Positions 1 to 13,392 of a stretch of DNA of 64,000 nt are shown here, piece after piece. The stretch's first letter is position 1. Each line of letters begins with the position of its first letter. The notes beneath the pieces were generated by a model. That model worked only from the letters and a program-made list of their open reading frames with translations, ran no database searches and was not told the DNA's origin. This stretch comes from Eledone cirrhosa (lineage: Eukaryota), in assembly GCA_964016885.1 (NCBI GenBank), contig OZ024758.1:16864001-16928000 (forward strand), given 5' to 3'. A program made the position numbers and the translations under genes.

Positions 1-679
1 CATATATGATGGTTAGTTGCGATATAAACAAGCAACTGCCGGATGAAGAAACAAACCCTGACCAACAGCAGTAAACTATTAGTTGAAATGCAGTGGTGTA
101 TTAAAAGCGGTGTTAAATGCCTTCAAATATTTAACTATTTAATTCCCATCTACTTAACACAAAATAATGTGAGTTAAAATTTATACACATTTTTTTCTTT
201 TTCATTTTTCTACACATGAATATAATGAGGTACATTATATATAACACACTTCCTAAAAAGAGAAAAAATAACTCGTATTTGAATTCCCACCTAATATAAA
301 TATTTTAAGTTATGTGCTAAACAATTTGAAATCTTCTACTCTAGAATGCAAATCTAATCTACACTAATGTTGAATTACCATATTTTTTAATAAAAGACAC
401 CGTCCATAATTTTCAAATAATTTTGAAATTAATCACGAATTTTGATGGAATTAGTAATATAACTAACTTTCCTATTATTAAACTGTTTTTTTAAGCATTC
501 ATTAGCAACGTTTAGATCAATATAAACCACTTTGTATTGTAGAATCTGGGTCATTGTCAGACAGTTTGTCTTCAAAAGGGTTAAGCAGATTCAGTTAGCT
601 ACTTAACTTTCTGATGAACCAGGCATAAAGTATGTAAGCTGCCAGCTTATATTAGTTTTAAGTCTAAAGTCTGTCTTAA

Positions 680-1177
680 CACTTTAACACAGGCATGTCA
701 AACTAGTGGAATGCGGGCCAGATGCGGCTCTTTACAAGCACACCTGCGGCCCGCAATAAGGTTTTTACAGCACAAGCATGTTTTATCTTCGTAATATAAA
801 TAAAAAAAAAGTTAGTTGTAATGTGCGCAATTGGTTGTCATGTGTGGCGCTCAGACAACATGTGTGGCGCTCAGACAACACGTGTGGCGCTCAGACAACA
901 CATGTGGCGCTCAGACAACACATGTGGCCTTCGAGGGACCCTCAGTTTGACATGCCTGCTTTAGCATTTACATCACTCTATAGATACTATTCTACTTTTC
1001 TGGTAAAGGCTTTATCTTACATAATTATCTGACATAATATTGAATCTACGAGATTCTGAAGTCATTGATTTTGAGAACAATACCTTAACATCAATATGAG
1101 CAGCCAGTTACAACCAGTTTGAACAGAAAGAGGTGAGAGAATTCTGGCTGGATATGGCTGGTTTAAATGCTAAAGGG
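680..1177. mobile_element. piggyBac-type MITE (family P1), interrupted by a hAT MITE
   Basis: TTAA at 676-679 and 1178-1181. Right TIR aaatgctaaaggg; left TIR c(a)ctttagcattt split by the insertion. Body matches about 10 other copies in the window. Confidence 0.8.
690..958. mobile_element. hAT-superfamily MITE with an internal 20-bp tandem repeat
   Basis: 15-bp TIR caggcatgtcaaact / agtttgacatgcctg. 8-bp TSD ctttaaca/ctttagca. About 4 copies of tgtggcgctcagacaaca(c/t)(g/a) at 841-927. Confidence 0.85.
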
Positions 1178-1187
1178 TTAAGCCAGA

Positions 1188-1450
1188 AGCCTCATTTGGC
1201 GGGTGCCTATCCCGATTTCATGGCGTGAAGCAACTGAGAGTACAAGACTCCCCCCCCCCCCCCCCCCTGGACAGGATGCCAGTCTATTGCAGGGATAAAC
1301 CCCCAGCTATTGCTGGTACTCATTCTCAGCTGAGTATACTGGAGCAATGTGAAATGAAGTGTTTTGCTCAAGAACACAGTCCAGGAATCGAACCCATGAC
1401 ATTACAATTGTAAGTCCAACACCTTTACCACTAGTCCACGTGCCTTCACA
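1188..1450 (-). mobile_element. tRNA-derived SINE with an A-like head and a different 3' body
   Basis: Minus strand has A box tggactagtgg, B box ggttcgattcc, then gtgttcttgagcaaaacacttc (shared with SINE A), then ccctgcaatagactggcatcctgtccaggg. Confidence 0.7.
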
Positions 1451-1493
1451 ATTTCCCACATACAAGTGTTTAAGTTTTTAAATGAAACTTTAC

Positions 1494-1642
1494 CCCTTTA
1501 GCATTTACAATACTCAATATATACTATTGTATTTTCACAGCTAAGGCCTTATCTCACATAATATCGAATTTATGAGATTTTCATATTTATTTTGAGAACA
1601 ATACCTTAACATCAGTATGAGCAGCCAGTTACAGCTAAAAGG
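1494..1642. mobile_element. Internally deleted P1 MITE
   Basis: ccctttagcatttac start; ends gctaaaagg followed by TTAA. Confidence 0.65.
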
Positions 1643-1727
1643 TTAAGTTCAGAACATTTTGTTGAGGATTATTCAAGCCTTTATATCACCAACCACACAA
1701 CATCTCTCATCCACATGTGCACCTCAG

Positions 1728-1920
1728 TTGTGTGTGTGTGTGTGTGTGGACGTGTGTGTGGACGTGAGTGTGAGGACGTGGGTGTGAGTATGTGTGTATG
1801 TGTGGGTGAGTGTGTGCATGTGCGAGTGCATGCGTGCGACCGAGTGCGTGCATGCTCGAGTGCATGCGTGCGACCGAGTGCGTGCATGCTCGAGTGCATG
1901 CGTGCGACCGAGTGCGTGTG
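1728..1920. repeat. (TG)n-derived microsatellite with a short CpG-rich tandem unit
   Basis: TG runs plus about 3 copies of gagtgcatgcgtgcgaccgagtgcgtgcatgctc. Confidence 0.85.
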
Positions 1921-1986
1921 AGTATAATTATGAATGAGTATGTGTAAGTGTCAGTATGTATGTGTGACTGAGTATGCATCTGTGAG

Positions 1987-2670
1987 TGTGAAAGCGCGTG
2001 AAAGCGTATGAGAGCATGTGAAAGCATGTAAAAACGTGTGAGAGCGTGTGAAAGCACATGGAAGCATGTGGAAGCGCGTGGAAGCATGTGAAAGCGCGTG
2101 GAAGCGCGTGAAAGTGTGTCAGAGCGTGTGAAAGGGCGTGGAAGCATGTGAAAGCGCGTGGAAGCGTGTGAAAGCGCGTGGAAGCGTGTGAAAGCGCGTG
2201 GAAGCGTGTGAAGGCATGTGAAAGCGCGTGGAAGCGTGTGAAAGCGCGTGGAAGCGTGTGAAAGCATGTGAAAGCGCGTGGAAGCGTGTGGAAGCACGTG
2301 GAAGCGTGTGGAAGCGTGTGGAAGCGTGTGAAAGCGTGTGGAAGCGTGTGAAAGCGCGTGGAAGCATGTGGAAGCGCGTGGAAGCTTGTGGAAGCGCGTG
2401 GAAGCGTATGAAAGTGTGTCAGAGCATGCGAAAGGGCGTGGAAGCATGTGAAAGCGCGTGGAAGCATGTGAAAGCGCGTGGAAGCGTGTGAAAGCGTGTG
2501 AAAGCGCGTGGAAGCACGTGAAAGCGTGTGAAAGCGCGTGGAAGCACGTGAAAGCGTGTGAAAGCGCGTGGAAGCACGTGAAAGCGTGTGAAAGCTTGTG
2601 AAAGCGCGTGGAAGCACGTGAAAGCGTGTGAAAGCATGTGAAAGCGTGTGAAAGCATGTGAAAGCGTGTG
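1987..2670. repeat. 10-bp minisatellite G(A/G)AAGC(G/A)(C/T)GT, about 68 units
   Basis: Strict 10-bp period, visible column-wise. It explains the His/Arg/Phe ORFs at 1707-2813. Confidence 0.95.
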
Positions 2671-3069
2671 TGTGGCAAACTACAGGCTAAAGCTAACTGC
2701 AATAAACTTATGACATCATGAAGAGATTTGTCTCTCGTCTGCTTGTCACAAAATACATGAAGCAGTTCAGTGAAGTTTGTGAAATGTCGAACCAATCCGC
2801 TGCACTTCTTCACCTTTACTAAAAAGAAAAAGACGGAGATATCTTATACCTAACAAAAACGATTTTTATATTCTGAATTGTCTCTTTGCAAATCATTATC
2901 AAAGCTTTAGAGAATGGTTCCCTATTGAGGAACTTTCCTAACCACTTAAGTTCTATTGCTAAAACATTTAAGATTTTTCCTGTTAATTTAGTACATATCA
3001 CTACTGCTATTTTAGAATCTTTTGCATATAAATACAAAAAGAAAAGAAAAATATAAATGAATAAATGTG

Positions 3070-4715
3070 GACATGTACATACACATAATATACAAACAAA
3101 CAAACATTCATACAAGCATACAAGCATACATGCACATAAATATACAAACATATACAAATACATACATATGAATTCACATACAAACAAAAATACACACATT
3201 CACATACAAACATAAATACACACACATTCAAATACAAATATAGACATACAAACATACAAACACATTCACACACAAACATACAAACACACATTCACATACA
3301 AATACACACATTCACACACAAACATAAAAATACACACATTCACATACAAACATTTATACAAGTACACATGCACATCTACATTCGTACTTGCACATACAGA
3401 AACGTACTTGCAGATACATAAACGTACTTGCAGATACATAAACGTACTTGCACATACATAAACGTACTTGCACATACATAAACGTATATAAATACGTAGA
3501 CACACATTCACACACGTACACATTCATATACAAACACATAATACACATTCATAAACAAACATATACAAACACATACAAGTACATACAGGTACACATTCAC
3601 ATGTATGCACATAAACATACAAACATTTATACAAGCACACACACATCTACATACAAACATATACAGGCACATATTCACATACAAACATATACAAGCACAT
3701 ACAGACACATTCACATAAGCATACTAGTATTCATATAGGCACATGCACACATGCATATGCACACAAATATACAAATGAGGCAATTATATACAGATTACAT
3801 ATACATATAAACATACAAATATAAACATATTCATACAGGTATACATGCACATGCATACAAAGAGAAAAACAATGCAATATATACAGGCACACATACACAT
3901 AAATATACAGGTATACATACACACAGGTATACATACACATAAACATAGAAATATATTCACATATACACACACATACATACATATATACAGTTACACAAAG
4001 AGACAAACACACAAGCATAACCATTCACATATACACACAAACACACACATACATACATACACAAACATTTACACAGAGACAAAAAGCATAAATATATACA
4101 CACAAACACCGAAACACAGATACACACATACAAACATACATACATACATACAGATACACACGCAAACATTTACACACAGAGACAAACAAGCATAAACATT
4201 CACATATACACACAAACAGATACACACACATACAAACATACATACATACAGATACACACACAAACATTTACACACAGACAACAAACAAGCATAAACATTC
4301 ACATATACACACAAACATATTTTTACACACGAACAAACAAACATGTACTGTTACAACAAACACATACACACACAATTACACAGAAGCATTCAAGCATATT
4401 TACATAAACACACAAACATTTTTACACACACACAAACACACTGTTACAACAAACACACTCACGCACAAAAAAACAAGCATAAACATTCACATATACACAC
4501 AAACATGTTTACACACATCGACAAACACACACACAAGCAGTTTCACACACATCGACAAACACACACACAAGCAGTTTCACACACAAAAACAAAAATATTT
4601 TTACACAGGATCACACACACACAAGCAGTTACACACACACACAAGCATAAACATATTCACATATACACACAAACGCACACAAACATTTTTACACACACAG
4701 ACAAACACACACAAC
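3070..4715. repeat. Degenerate (CA/TA) low-complexity tract
   Basis: acatac/acacac motifs, a 20-bp subrepeat aacgtacttgcacatacata at about 3380-3485, and local duplications. Confidence 0.9.
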
Positions 4716-5738
4716 CACTATTATACATCTTGAGTTCAATTAAAAAAAACAAAAAAAACACACCAAAAAGCTCTTCAAAATAGAACCAGAGATATGCAGT
4801 GAAATATTGAAAGAATGAATCTAAAGAGCTTGAAGGCTTTGTAAATATAGTAACACTTAAGTAGACAATAGATCTTAGTAGTTATGAGTTAGTAAGTACA
4901 AAGTTAAAGCACCTTTATAATCATTCTTCAAATCTTTGGATGCTTCCTTTCATTTTGTACAACTCGTTTTCTCTATTCATCTCCCTTCTCAAAAATCTAA
5001 TTCATGTAAAATTTTGAAATTGAAATTATAAGATAATCTGAAGGCAATATCATTATTTACTTTATTTATTAATTCTTAATTTGAATAATTTATTATTAAT
5101 ATCAAGAACATGCGATTAATTAGAAAAAGAAAATTATATTCTCCCTAAAACAGTTAAAGTTCATTTTTTTTTTTTTTTTCCAATTTTCATTTGCAATTTA
5201 AAACAATTTCTTTTTGTTGTATCTGTTTGCTTTCATTTTGTTTTTTCTCACCTCCTGTTGATTAATTTCTATAAAGAAAATAGTTCTTTCCCCATTTTAC
5301 CATATATGTTTATTGTTTTATTTAATTGTTTGTTTTATCTTTATATATTTTTTTAACTTTTATATCTTTCTTGACTAATAAGTGGTCAATCTAATTTAAA
5401 CTAATTTAAAAATGTTTGTTATCATTAGGGTATCTTAATGAAACAAATTCTGCATTTATTTTTGATATTTTTGGCATAGTAGTAATCAGAAATTTTGAAA
5501 TTAAAAATGTAAAAGGATCTTCTGTCCTCCAATATTTGGAATGTAATTTTCACTCGTATTCTCTGCTAATAAAATATTTGCCAATATTCGGTAACCCATC
5601 TTAAAGACGTTAAAATTGGGGCAAACAGAAAGATACTTGTAGTAGTTCCATTAGAAATACTTAATTCTCTTTTGTTCTCTATAACTTGGTATGAAAATAT
5701 TTTACACTAATTTCACTACTGTTTCAACAGAGTGTGTT

Positions 5739-5775
<37 letters not shown>

Positions 5776-5837
5776 TCCCCATTCATTTGATATGGTCTAG
5801 TGTGTGTGTGTGTGTATATATATATTTATATATATAT

Positions 5838-6180
5838 GGAGGCACATGGCTTAGTGGTTAGAGCATTGGCCTTGCAATCGAAAGGTTGTGAGTTCAATTC
5901 TCAGACCGGGTGATGTGTTGTTTACTTGAGCAAGACACTTTATTTCACATTGCTCCAGTTTACTCAGCTGTAGAAATGAGATGATAGGGACTGGTGTCCC
6001 TATCATTCCACTGCAAAGTGGTCGTGGAGGTGCCACGGCAAAAAAGCACCCAGCACTCACTGTAAATGAGATTGGTGTTAGGAAGGGCATCTAACTGTAG
6101 AAATCAAGCCAGAATCAGTTCCCGTCCCACCCTTGCAAGCAGGGAAAAGCGGATGTAAAATGAAATGATGATGAAATGAT
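5838..6180 (+). mobile_element. SINE family A, full length
   Basis: tRNA-like head (tggcttagtggt ... gagttcaattct), middle ttgagcaagacacttt, hairpin tgatagggac-tggt-gtccctatca, module aggaagggcatc, RTE-type tail cccttgcaagcagggaaaag plus (tga)n. Flanked by (TA)n. Confidence 0.9.
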
Positions 6181-6657
6181 ATATATATATATATATATTC
6201 CCCATTTATTTGATTAAGCCAAGAGTGTTGGAGTAACAGAATCGATAATATAGTTAGCAGAGTCATAAAACTGTTGAATATTTGTTCTGGCACCTGGCAC
6301 TCTCTGCTATGAGTTCATATTTTGCTACAGTCTTTCATCATATAGAGGTCAATAAAGAATGTACCATCCCAGAATAGGTGCAGTTCTCTCAGCTATTCTC
6401 CTTTCAAGTATCACATCTTAGATTTTCTGTTGGATAATGGGAGGGAAGGTCGAGAGTTCAAATGTTACTAAAGTCCATTTTGCTTATCGTCATTTCGAGG
6501 TAAAAGGAAAAAAACATGCCATCCTAGAGCTGATGTAGCTTTCTCTCCTTTTCTCCTTCCAAATCTCACATCTTAGACTTTTTGCTGGATCAGAGGAAGA
6601 AGTGTGGAGCATGTGTCTGTGTCTCCTTGTGAATGCATAGGCATCTATAACTCTTAA

Positions 6658-6877
6658 CCCTTTAAGGTTCAAACCGGCCCAAACCGGCCAGAATTATCTA
6701 CCTCTTTCTGTTCAAACTGGCTGTAACTGGTCACTCAAACTGATGTTAAGGTATTGTTCTCAAAATAAATACTTTCAAAATCTCAGATTCGATATTATGT
6801 GAAATAATTATGTGAGGTAAAGCCTTTACCATGAAAATATAATAGTATATATATAGAGTAATGTGAATGCTAAAGGG
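6658..6877. mobile_element. P1 piggyBac-type MITE, complete
   Basis: TTAA-ccctttaag ... aatgctaaaggg-TTAA. Confidence 0.85.
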
Positions 6878-7077
6878 TTAATGACATCATGATATATACA
6901 GTAATGTCGTATTTGACTACATTTGTAAGTTTAGGAAGAGCATTTTATACATTAAGAAGGGCATCCAGCCACAGAAACCAAGCAAGAAACAGTTCTGTAT
7001 AAGCAAGGGAGTCACCTAATCTGACTTGCCTGAAATGAGACATGTTTTACCCATACTAGTGTGGAAAAATGGACATT

Positions 7078-8505
7078 AGAAGAAGAACGAGAAGAACGAG
7101 AAGGAGAAGAAGAACGAGAAGGAGAAGAAGAACGAGAAGAAGAACGAGAAGGAGAACGAGAAGAAGAAGGAGAAGAAGAAGAACGAGAAGAAGAACGAGA
7201 AGAAGAACGAGAAGAAGAACGAGAAGAAGAACGAGAAGAAGAATGACGAGAAGAAGAATGAGAAGAAGAACGAGAAGAAGAATGAGAAGAAGAAGAACGA
7301 GAAGACGAAGAACAAGAAGAAGAACGAGAAGAAGAAGAACGAGAAGAAGAAGAACGAGAAGAAGAAGAACGAGAAGAAGAAGAACGAGAAGAAGAAGAAC
7401 GAGAAGAAGAAGAACGAGAAGAAGAAGAACGAGAAGAAGAAGAACAAGAAGAAGAACGAGAAGAAGAAGAACGAGAAGAAGAAGAACGAGAAGAAGAAGA
7501 ACGAGAAGAAGAACGAGAAGAAGAATGACGAGAAGAAGAATGACGAGAAGAAGAAGAACGAGAAGAAGAAGAACGAGAAGAAGAACGAGAAGAAGAACGA
7601 GAAGAAGAACGAGAAGGAGAAGAACGAGAAGAAGAATGACGAGAAGAAGAACGAGAAGAAGAATGAGAAGAAGAAGAACGAGAAGACGAATGAGAAGAAG
7701 AAGAACGAGAAGACGAAGAACGAGAAGAAGAAGAACGAGAAGAAGAAGAACGAGAAGAAGAAGAACGAGAAGAAGAATGACGAGAAGAAGAATGACGAGA
7801 AGAAGAATGACGAGAAGAAGAATGACGAGAAGAAGAATGACGAGAAGAAGAATGACGAGAAGAAGAAGAACAAGAAGAAGAAGAACGAGAAGAACGAGAA
7901 GGAGAAGAAGAAGGAGAAGAAGAACGAGAAGAAGAATGACGAGAAGAAGAAGAACGAGAAGAAGAAGAACGAGAAGAAGAAGAACGAGAAGAAGAAGAAC
8001 GAGAAGAAGAAGAACGAGAAGAAGAAGAACGAGAAGAAGAAGAACGAGAAGAAAAAGAACGAGAAGAAGAAGAACGAGAAGAAGAAGAACGAGAAGAAGA
8101 AGAACGAGAAGAAGAAGAACGAGAAGAAGAAGAACGAGAAGAAGAAGAACGAGAAGAAGAAGAACGAGAAGAAGAAGAATGAGAAGAAGAAGAACGAGAA
8201 GAAGAAGAATGAGAAGAAGAAGAACGAGAAGAAGAAGAACGAGAAGAAGAAGAACGAGAAGAAGAAGAACGAGAAGAAGAAGAACGAGAAGAAGAAGAAC
8301 GAGAAGAAGAAGAAGAACGAGAAGAAGAAGAAGAACGAGAAGAAGAAGAAGAACGAGAAGAAGAACGAAAAGAGGAAGAACGAGAAGAAGAACAAGAAGA
8401 AGAAGAAGAAGAAGAACAAGAAGAACAAGAAGAAGAAGAACGAGAAGAAGAAGAACGAGAAGAAGAAGAACAAGAAGAAGAATGAGAAGAAGGAGGAGGA
8501 GAAGA
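7078..8505. repeat. 1.4-kb interrupted (GAA)n polypurine array
   Basis: Dominant 12/15-mers such as agaagaagaagaacg. The poly-Arg and poly-Phe ORFs are artefacts. Confidence 0.95.
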
Positions 8506-8770
8506 TGATTACATCTCTTTTATGATTGGAGTTCAAATTCCACTTAAGCAATTTTGTCTTCACTCCTTCCACAGTTGATAAAATCAATATCAACCGTGCA
8601 CACAGATCAATATAATTGACTATCTGCCTCTTTTGAAATGTGCAGCTTTGTGCACTTTTACGCAGTCAATATTACATTTCTATCACAGTTAAACATCTAC
8701 ATTTAATTTTTAAGCAATTTAATTTTAGGTGTTCTCACCTTTGCTTCTTTTGATAAACAATATAATTAAT

Positions 8771-9150
8771 ACTTTAGCATTTACATTACTCTATATTTAC
8801 TATTATATTTTCATGATAAAGGCTTTATCTCACATAATATTGAATCTATGACATTTTGATATTTTTTTATTTTGAGAAGAATACGTTAACATCAGTATGA
8901 GCTGCCAGTTATAGTTGGTTTGAATAGAAAGAGATGAGAGAATTCGGGCCAGATATGGCCAGTTTAACCCTTTATCATTTACATTACCATTACTCTATAT
9001 TTACTAGTATATTTATCTCACATAATATTGAATCTATGAGATTTTGATATTTATTTTGAGAACAATACCTTAACATCAGTATGAGTGGCTGGTTACAGCC
9101 ATTTAAAACAAAGAGGTGAGAGGATTCTGGCCGGATACAGTTAGTTTAAA
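8771..9150. mobile_element. Two head-to-tail P1 MITE copies
   Basis: ctttagcatttacattac at 8772 and ccctttatcatttacattac at about 8968, joined at gtTTAA. Confidence 0.7.
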
Positions 9151-9743
9151 TGGATGTAATTTTGATAGATTAAACATATTTGTCTCACTACAATAAGTAT
9201 GTTTGCCCAAACTTAACTAATCGTTAATCATTTATAGAATCTACAGCAGACAAAATAAGGTACATGGCTGGAGGTTTTGAGGTTAGGAATTTGATCTATT
9301 TTTATACAATGATTTTAGGATGCTGTGAGGCAAAATATATTTTCATATTTGCTTCAGGTCTGTTTTACTGAAAACAAGACGTCCACAATTTTTTTTTTTT
9401 TTTTTTTAAACAAAAAGCACACAAAACACATGTGTAAATAAATAAAATAATTTCCTCAGTAATTCATATTCAAGTATTCAAATTTACTAAAATGCCTGCA
9501 GTATGTTAGCAAAGATAAAAAGATGGAATCATTGTCACATTAATAAAAGATGTATGATGTGTATAACTTAAAATCCTCTGTATAAATAGGTTAAAAATGA
9601 CTATACAAGTCCTTTCTTCTGGCTGAAATATTTCCTACCAATCTCTCTGATTTTCTTTCCTTTATTTGACTTGGCTCTGTTTCTTTCCAACTAGTTCTAT
9701 CTCTCATTTTCTTTTTCCCTAGTTTTAGATGTTATATATATAT

Positions 9744-10068
9744 TCATTTCATTTCATTTTATGTCTGCTTATTCCCTGCTTGCAAGGGTGGGACAGGAAG
9801 TGATTCTGGCTTGATTTCTACAGCTGGATGCCCTTCCTAACACCAACCTCATTTACTGTGAGTGGTGGGTGCTTTTTTGCCGTGGCACCTCCATGCCCTC
9901 TTTGCAGTGGAATGACCCCAGTCTCTATCATCTCATTTCTACAGCTGAGTAAACTGGAGCAATGTGAAATAAAGTGTCTTGCTCAAGGAAACAACACATC
10001 ACCCGGTCTGAGAATTGAACTCACAACCTTTCGATTGCAAGGCCTAACCACTAAGCCATGTGCCTCCA
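9744..10068 (-). mobile_element. SINE family A
   Basis: Reverse complement of 5838-6180 with small deletions. Confidence 0.9.
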
Positions 10069-10084
10069 TATAGTTATATATAGT

Positions 10085-10151
<67 letters not shown>

Positions 10152-10505
10152 TCGATTTTATGGAGAATACATATGAGGGAAATATATTGATCATTATCAG
10201 CTATTTTGTTTTACCATTTTATTAAATTTACTAAGATACTCTACGAAATATGCAGATTGTCACTAGTTTTGCTTTGATATATCTTAATGCATGCTTAAGT
10301 GTGTATGGGTATATTTCATTAACTTTCTTATGATTAAGGCTCAATTTTATTCTCTGAATTCTATTTTGAGCTGTTTTTAGAGACAAGACATATGTTTGAT
10401 TTTGTATCATTCATGACATCCTTTACTTTGAATGTAATATAATAATAATTCGTTTCTGAATTTGTTTAGCAAGATTCTTTATCTGAAATCGTGTGTTGAA
10501 ACCGA

Positions 10506-10738
10506 TATTGTTATACTTTGGGAGGGTCATGTTGCCAATAAGAAACACACACGTGTGACGAAAGGACTATGACTATATATAAACAACTATCTGGTTGTGG
10601 AACCAACCAACCAACCAGAAATTATAAGTTTGTAGATTTGTAAATATATAAATTTATAAATATATAATAAATTGAAGTGAAAGCAACTGGTGCGTGTGTT
10701 TCTTATTGGCAACATGACCCTCCCAAAGTATAACAATA
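10506..10738. repeat. Foldback with about 45-bp arms (Penelope-like remnant?)
   Basis: tattgttatactttgggagggtcatgttgccaataagaaacacac and its reverse complement, about 140 bp apart. Confidence 0.7.
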
Positions 10739-10739
10739 A

Positions 10740-10860
10740 TAATAATTGTTTCTACGTTTGTCACAAGGCCAGCAATTATCCCAGTGCATTACTGGTACTT
10801 TATTTTATCGACCCCGTAAAGATGAAAGGCAAAGTTAACCTCGGCAGGATTTGAACTCAT
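10740..10860 (-). mobile_element. SINE family B, 5'-truncated
   Basis: actggtactttattttatcgaccccgtaaagatgaaaggcaaagttaacc core; B box gagttcaaatcc on the minus strand. Confidence 0.85.
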
Positions 10861-11012
10861 ATAATATAATAATAATAATAATAGTGATATATATATATTT
10901 ATTATAAGAACAGATTATAGTTTAAGCCAAGAATCACTGCTTTCACCCTTAACGGGATCTTCTGAAACTCGAGCCCTCTTCGGATTTTAGTCTTCACATT
11001 TATTATTACAAT

Positions 11013-11296
<284 letters not shown>

Positions 11297-11582
11297 TGGC
11301 AGAATGAATATATTTTGTTGGGGCTAATACTATCTGGAAATAGGGGTGGTTATGCTGATTTTATTACATGGCAGTAGCCTCAAAAGTTTGAAAACCTCTG
11401 CTGTAGTATATATACATTTATATAGGGTTTTTTTCTAGTCTATACACATTTTATTCATTAGACTGCGACTATGCTGGGCATTTAGAACATCAGATAGAAT
11501 ACTTTGTTATTCGTTCCATCTCTGAGTTCAAATCCTGCCATGCTCAACTTTGCCTGTCATCCTTTCGAGGTTGATAAAAAAG

Positions 11583-12160
11583 TACCAGTCTAGTACTGGG
11601 GTCAATTCTTCCTCTATATCTCTTTCTCGTTTCCTCTCTCTCACTATCTTTCTCTGGAAGAAATCTGCTGTATTAAGGCTTGGAGAGGGATGGGCTCTGC
11701 CAGGTTTTAAAATGCCCAAGAAACGCTATATGTCAATATGGTGCCCCTGTGACTATCAAGAGTTACGGGATCATACATACATATAAATATAATACCAGTC
11801 TAGTACTGGGGTCCATTCTTCCTCTATATCTCTCTCACACTATCTTTCTTTGGAAAAAATCCACTGTACTGAGACCTGGAAAAGAGATGGGCTTCGCCTG
11901 GCTTTAAATGCCCAAGAAACGCTGTATGTCAATACAGTGCCCCTATGACTATCAAGAGTTACGGGATCATACATATAAATATAATACCAGTCTCGTACTG
12001 AGGTCCATTCTTCCTCTATATCTCTCTCACTATCTTTCTTTGGATCAAATCCACTGGAAAATAGATGGGCTCTGCCTGGCTTTAAATGCCCAAGAAATGC
12101 TGTATGTCAATTCTGCTACTGCACCCCTACAACTCTATCAGGAGATACAGGATCATACAT
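11583..12160. repeat. Three degenerate tandem units of about 200 bp
   Basis: taccagtctagtactg ... aaatgcccaagaaacgct ... gagttacgggatcatacata repeated. A related single copy lies at about 28665-28860. Confidence 0.75.
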
Positions 12161-12602
12161 ACATGCTAGGGCACCACAATGGTTTACACAACAATTTTAA
12201 CCAATTTTAAACAATTTTAACCAATTTTAAACAATTTTAAACCAATTATGTTTAGAAGATTTCCTGTAAATTATCATTAATTCAAGTTACTTTCTGGACT
12301 GACATTGATTAAATTTATTGATGTAAGAGGAATCTGGATTTGTTACAGTAATCCACCTCCGTCATAAAGCTGACATTTTTAGATATATACAATTCCTATT
12401 GCGAGGAGCTTATTGAATTAAGCTTCAAATCATCATAGCAGAAAGCAGAGATTTCTTAGAAAATTCTAAATTGAATTATAATTTTCCCTTTTTGTCCATT
12501 CAACTAAATCCAATTATGTAAACTGCCTTTAAAGTGCCGTAATAATTCTTCTTCTATACTATTAACTGATATGGGAGTTTCTTAGGTATCTATCAAAAAT
12601 AA

Positions 12603-12764
12603 ATCATCAATCATCATCATCATAATCATCATAATTGTCATCATCATCATCATAATTGTCATCATCATCGTTAGTATCATCATTAGTATCATTAGTATCA
12701 TCATCAGTATCATCATCATCATCAACATCATCATCATCATCACCACCACCATCAATATAATAAT

Positions 12765-12797
<33 letters not shown>

Positions 12798-12908
12798 TAT
12801 CATCATCAACATTAGTATCACCATCATCATTAGTATCATCATCACCACCATTAGTATCATCATCACCACCATCACCATTATAATCTTCATTATAATCATC
12901 ATTGCCAT
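12603..12908. repeat. (CAT/CAC)n trinucleotide tract
   Basis: Direct reading. Similar tracts at 26720-26935 (GAT/GGT) and 41283-41625. Confidence 0.9.
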
Positions 12909-13151
12909 TTACTTATAATCGTCTTTATCTATCTATCTATGGTGAATGTGGCGAAAATGGCCCGAGTGAATGGGCCTTCTCTGTATATAAATCTGAAGGT
13001 TGAAGAAGATATACAGAGGGAAGATGGGAACACCTACAAAACGTGCTCCTGGTGTTGAAGGCTGTTCAATCCACGGGGTCTAAAACAACCCCACAGTAAG
13101 GTCCCCCCCCCTCCCCCTATTGGGAATTTTGATTGTTTTATTTCATATATA

Positions 13152-13392
13152 CAGGGTGGGGCATAAAAACTGTTACAAATTAAAATGCAAATAGTTCTTG
13201 AAAAAAACATTTACTTCAACAAATAGTAAGTAATATACTATTAAACAACTGCACAAAATTTTATTCGAAATGCTTTCCTCTAGCTCTCACTACCGTTCGA
13301 AGTCTTCTAAGAAAGTCTTTGATGGCTGCACGAACAGTTTCCATTTAAAACTTTGATTTAAAACTTTGTAACAGGAATTATGCCCCACCCTG
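13152..13392 (-). mobile_element. Internally deleted Tc1/mariner element retaining the transposase C-terminus
   Basis: TA TSD; perfect 15-bp TIR cagggtggggcataa. Minus 13344-13261 translates to METVRAAIKDFLRRLRTVVRARGKHFE*, a typical Tc1/mariner C-terminal RRL..V....G.HFE motif. Confidence 0.85.

Noticed and set aside
612-660. CTGATGA hammerhead candidate (also minus strand near 62350)
   Set aside because: No correctly placed GAAA, stem III or NUH.
1707-2813. 368-aa His/Phe/Arg-rich ORF
   Set aside because: Mostly a stop-free 10-bp satellite that is open in several frames.
5570-5602. Minus-strand GLPNIG resembling the USP Cys-box
   Set aside because: No NTCY continuation, a stop follows shortly, and there is no canonical splice donor.
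5838-5910. tRNA gene
   Set aside because: A and B boxes are present but it is a SINE head continuing into the SINE body; no clean cloverleaf.
5851-6090. Recurrent [17 protein letters not shown] ORFs suggesting a gene family
   Set aside because: Antisense translation of SINE A and module M.
7069-8593. 479-aa poly-Arg (protamine-like) and 505-aa poly-Phe ORFs
   Set aside because: Translations of a GAA-based microsatellite, open on both strands.
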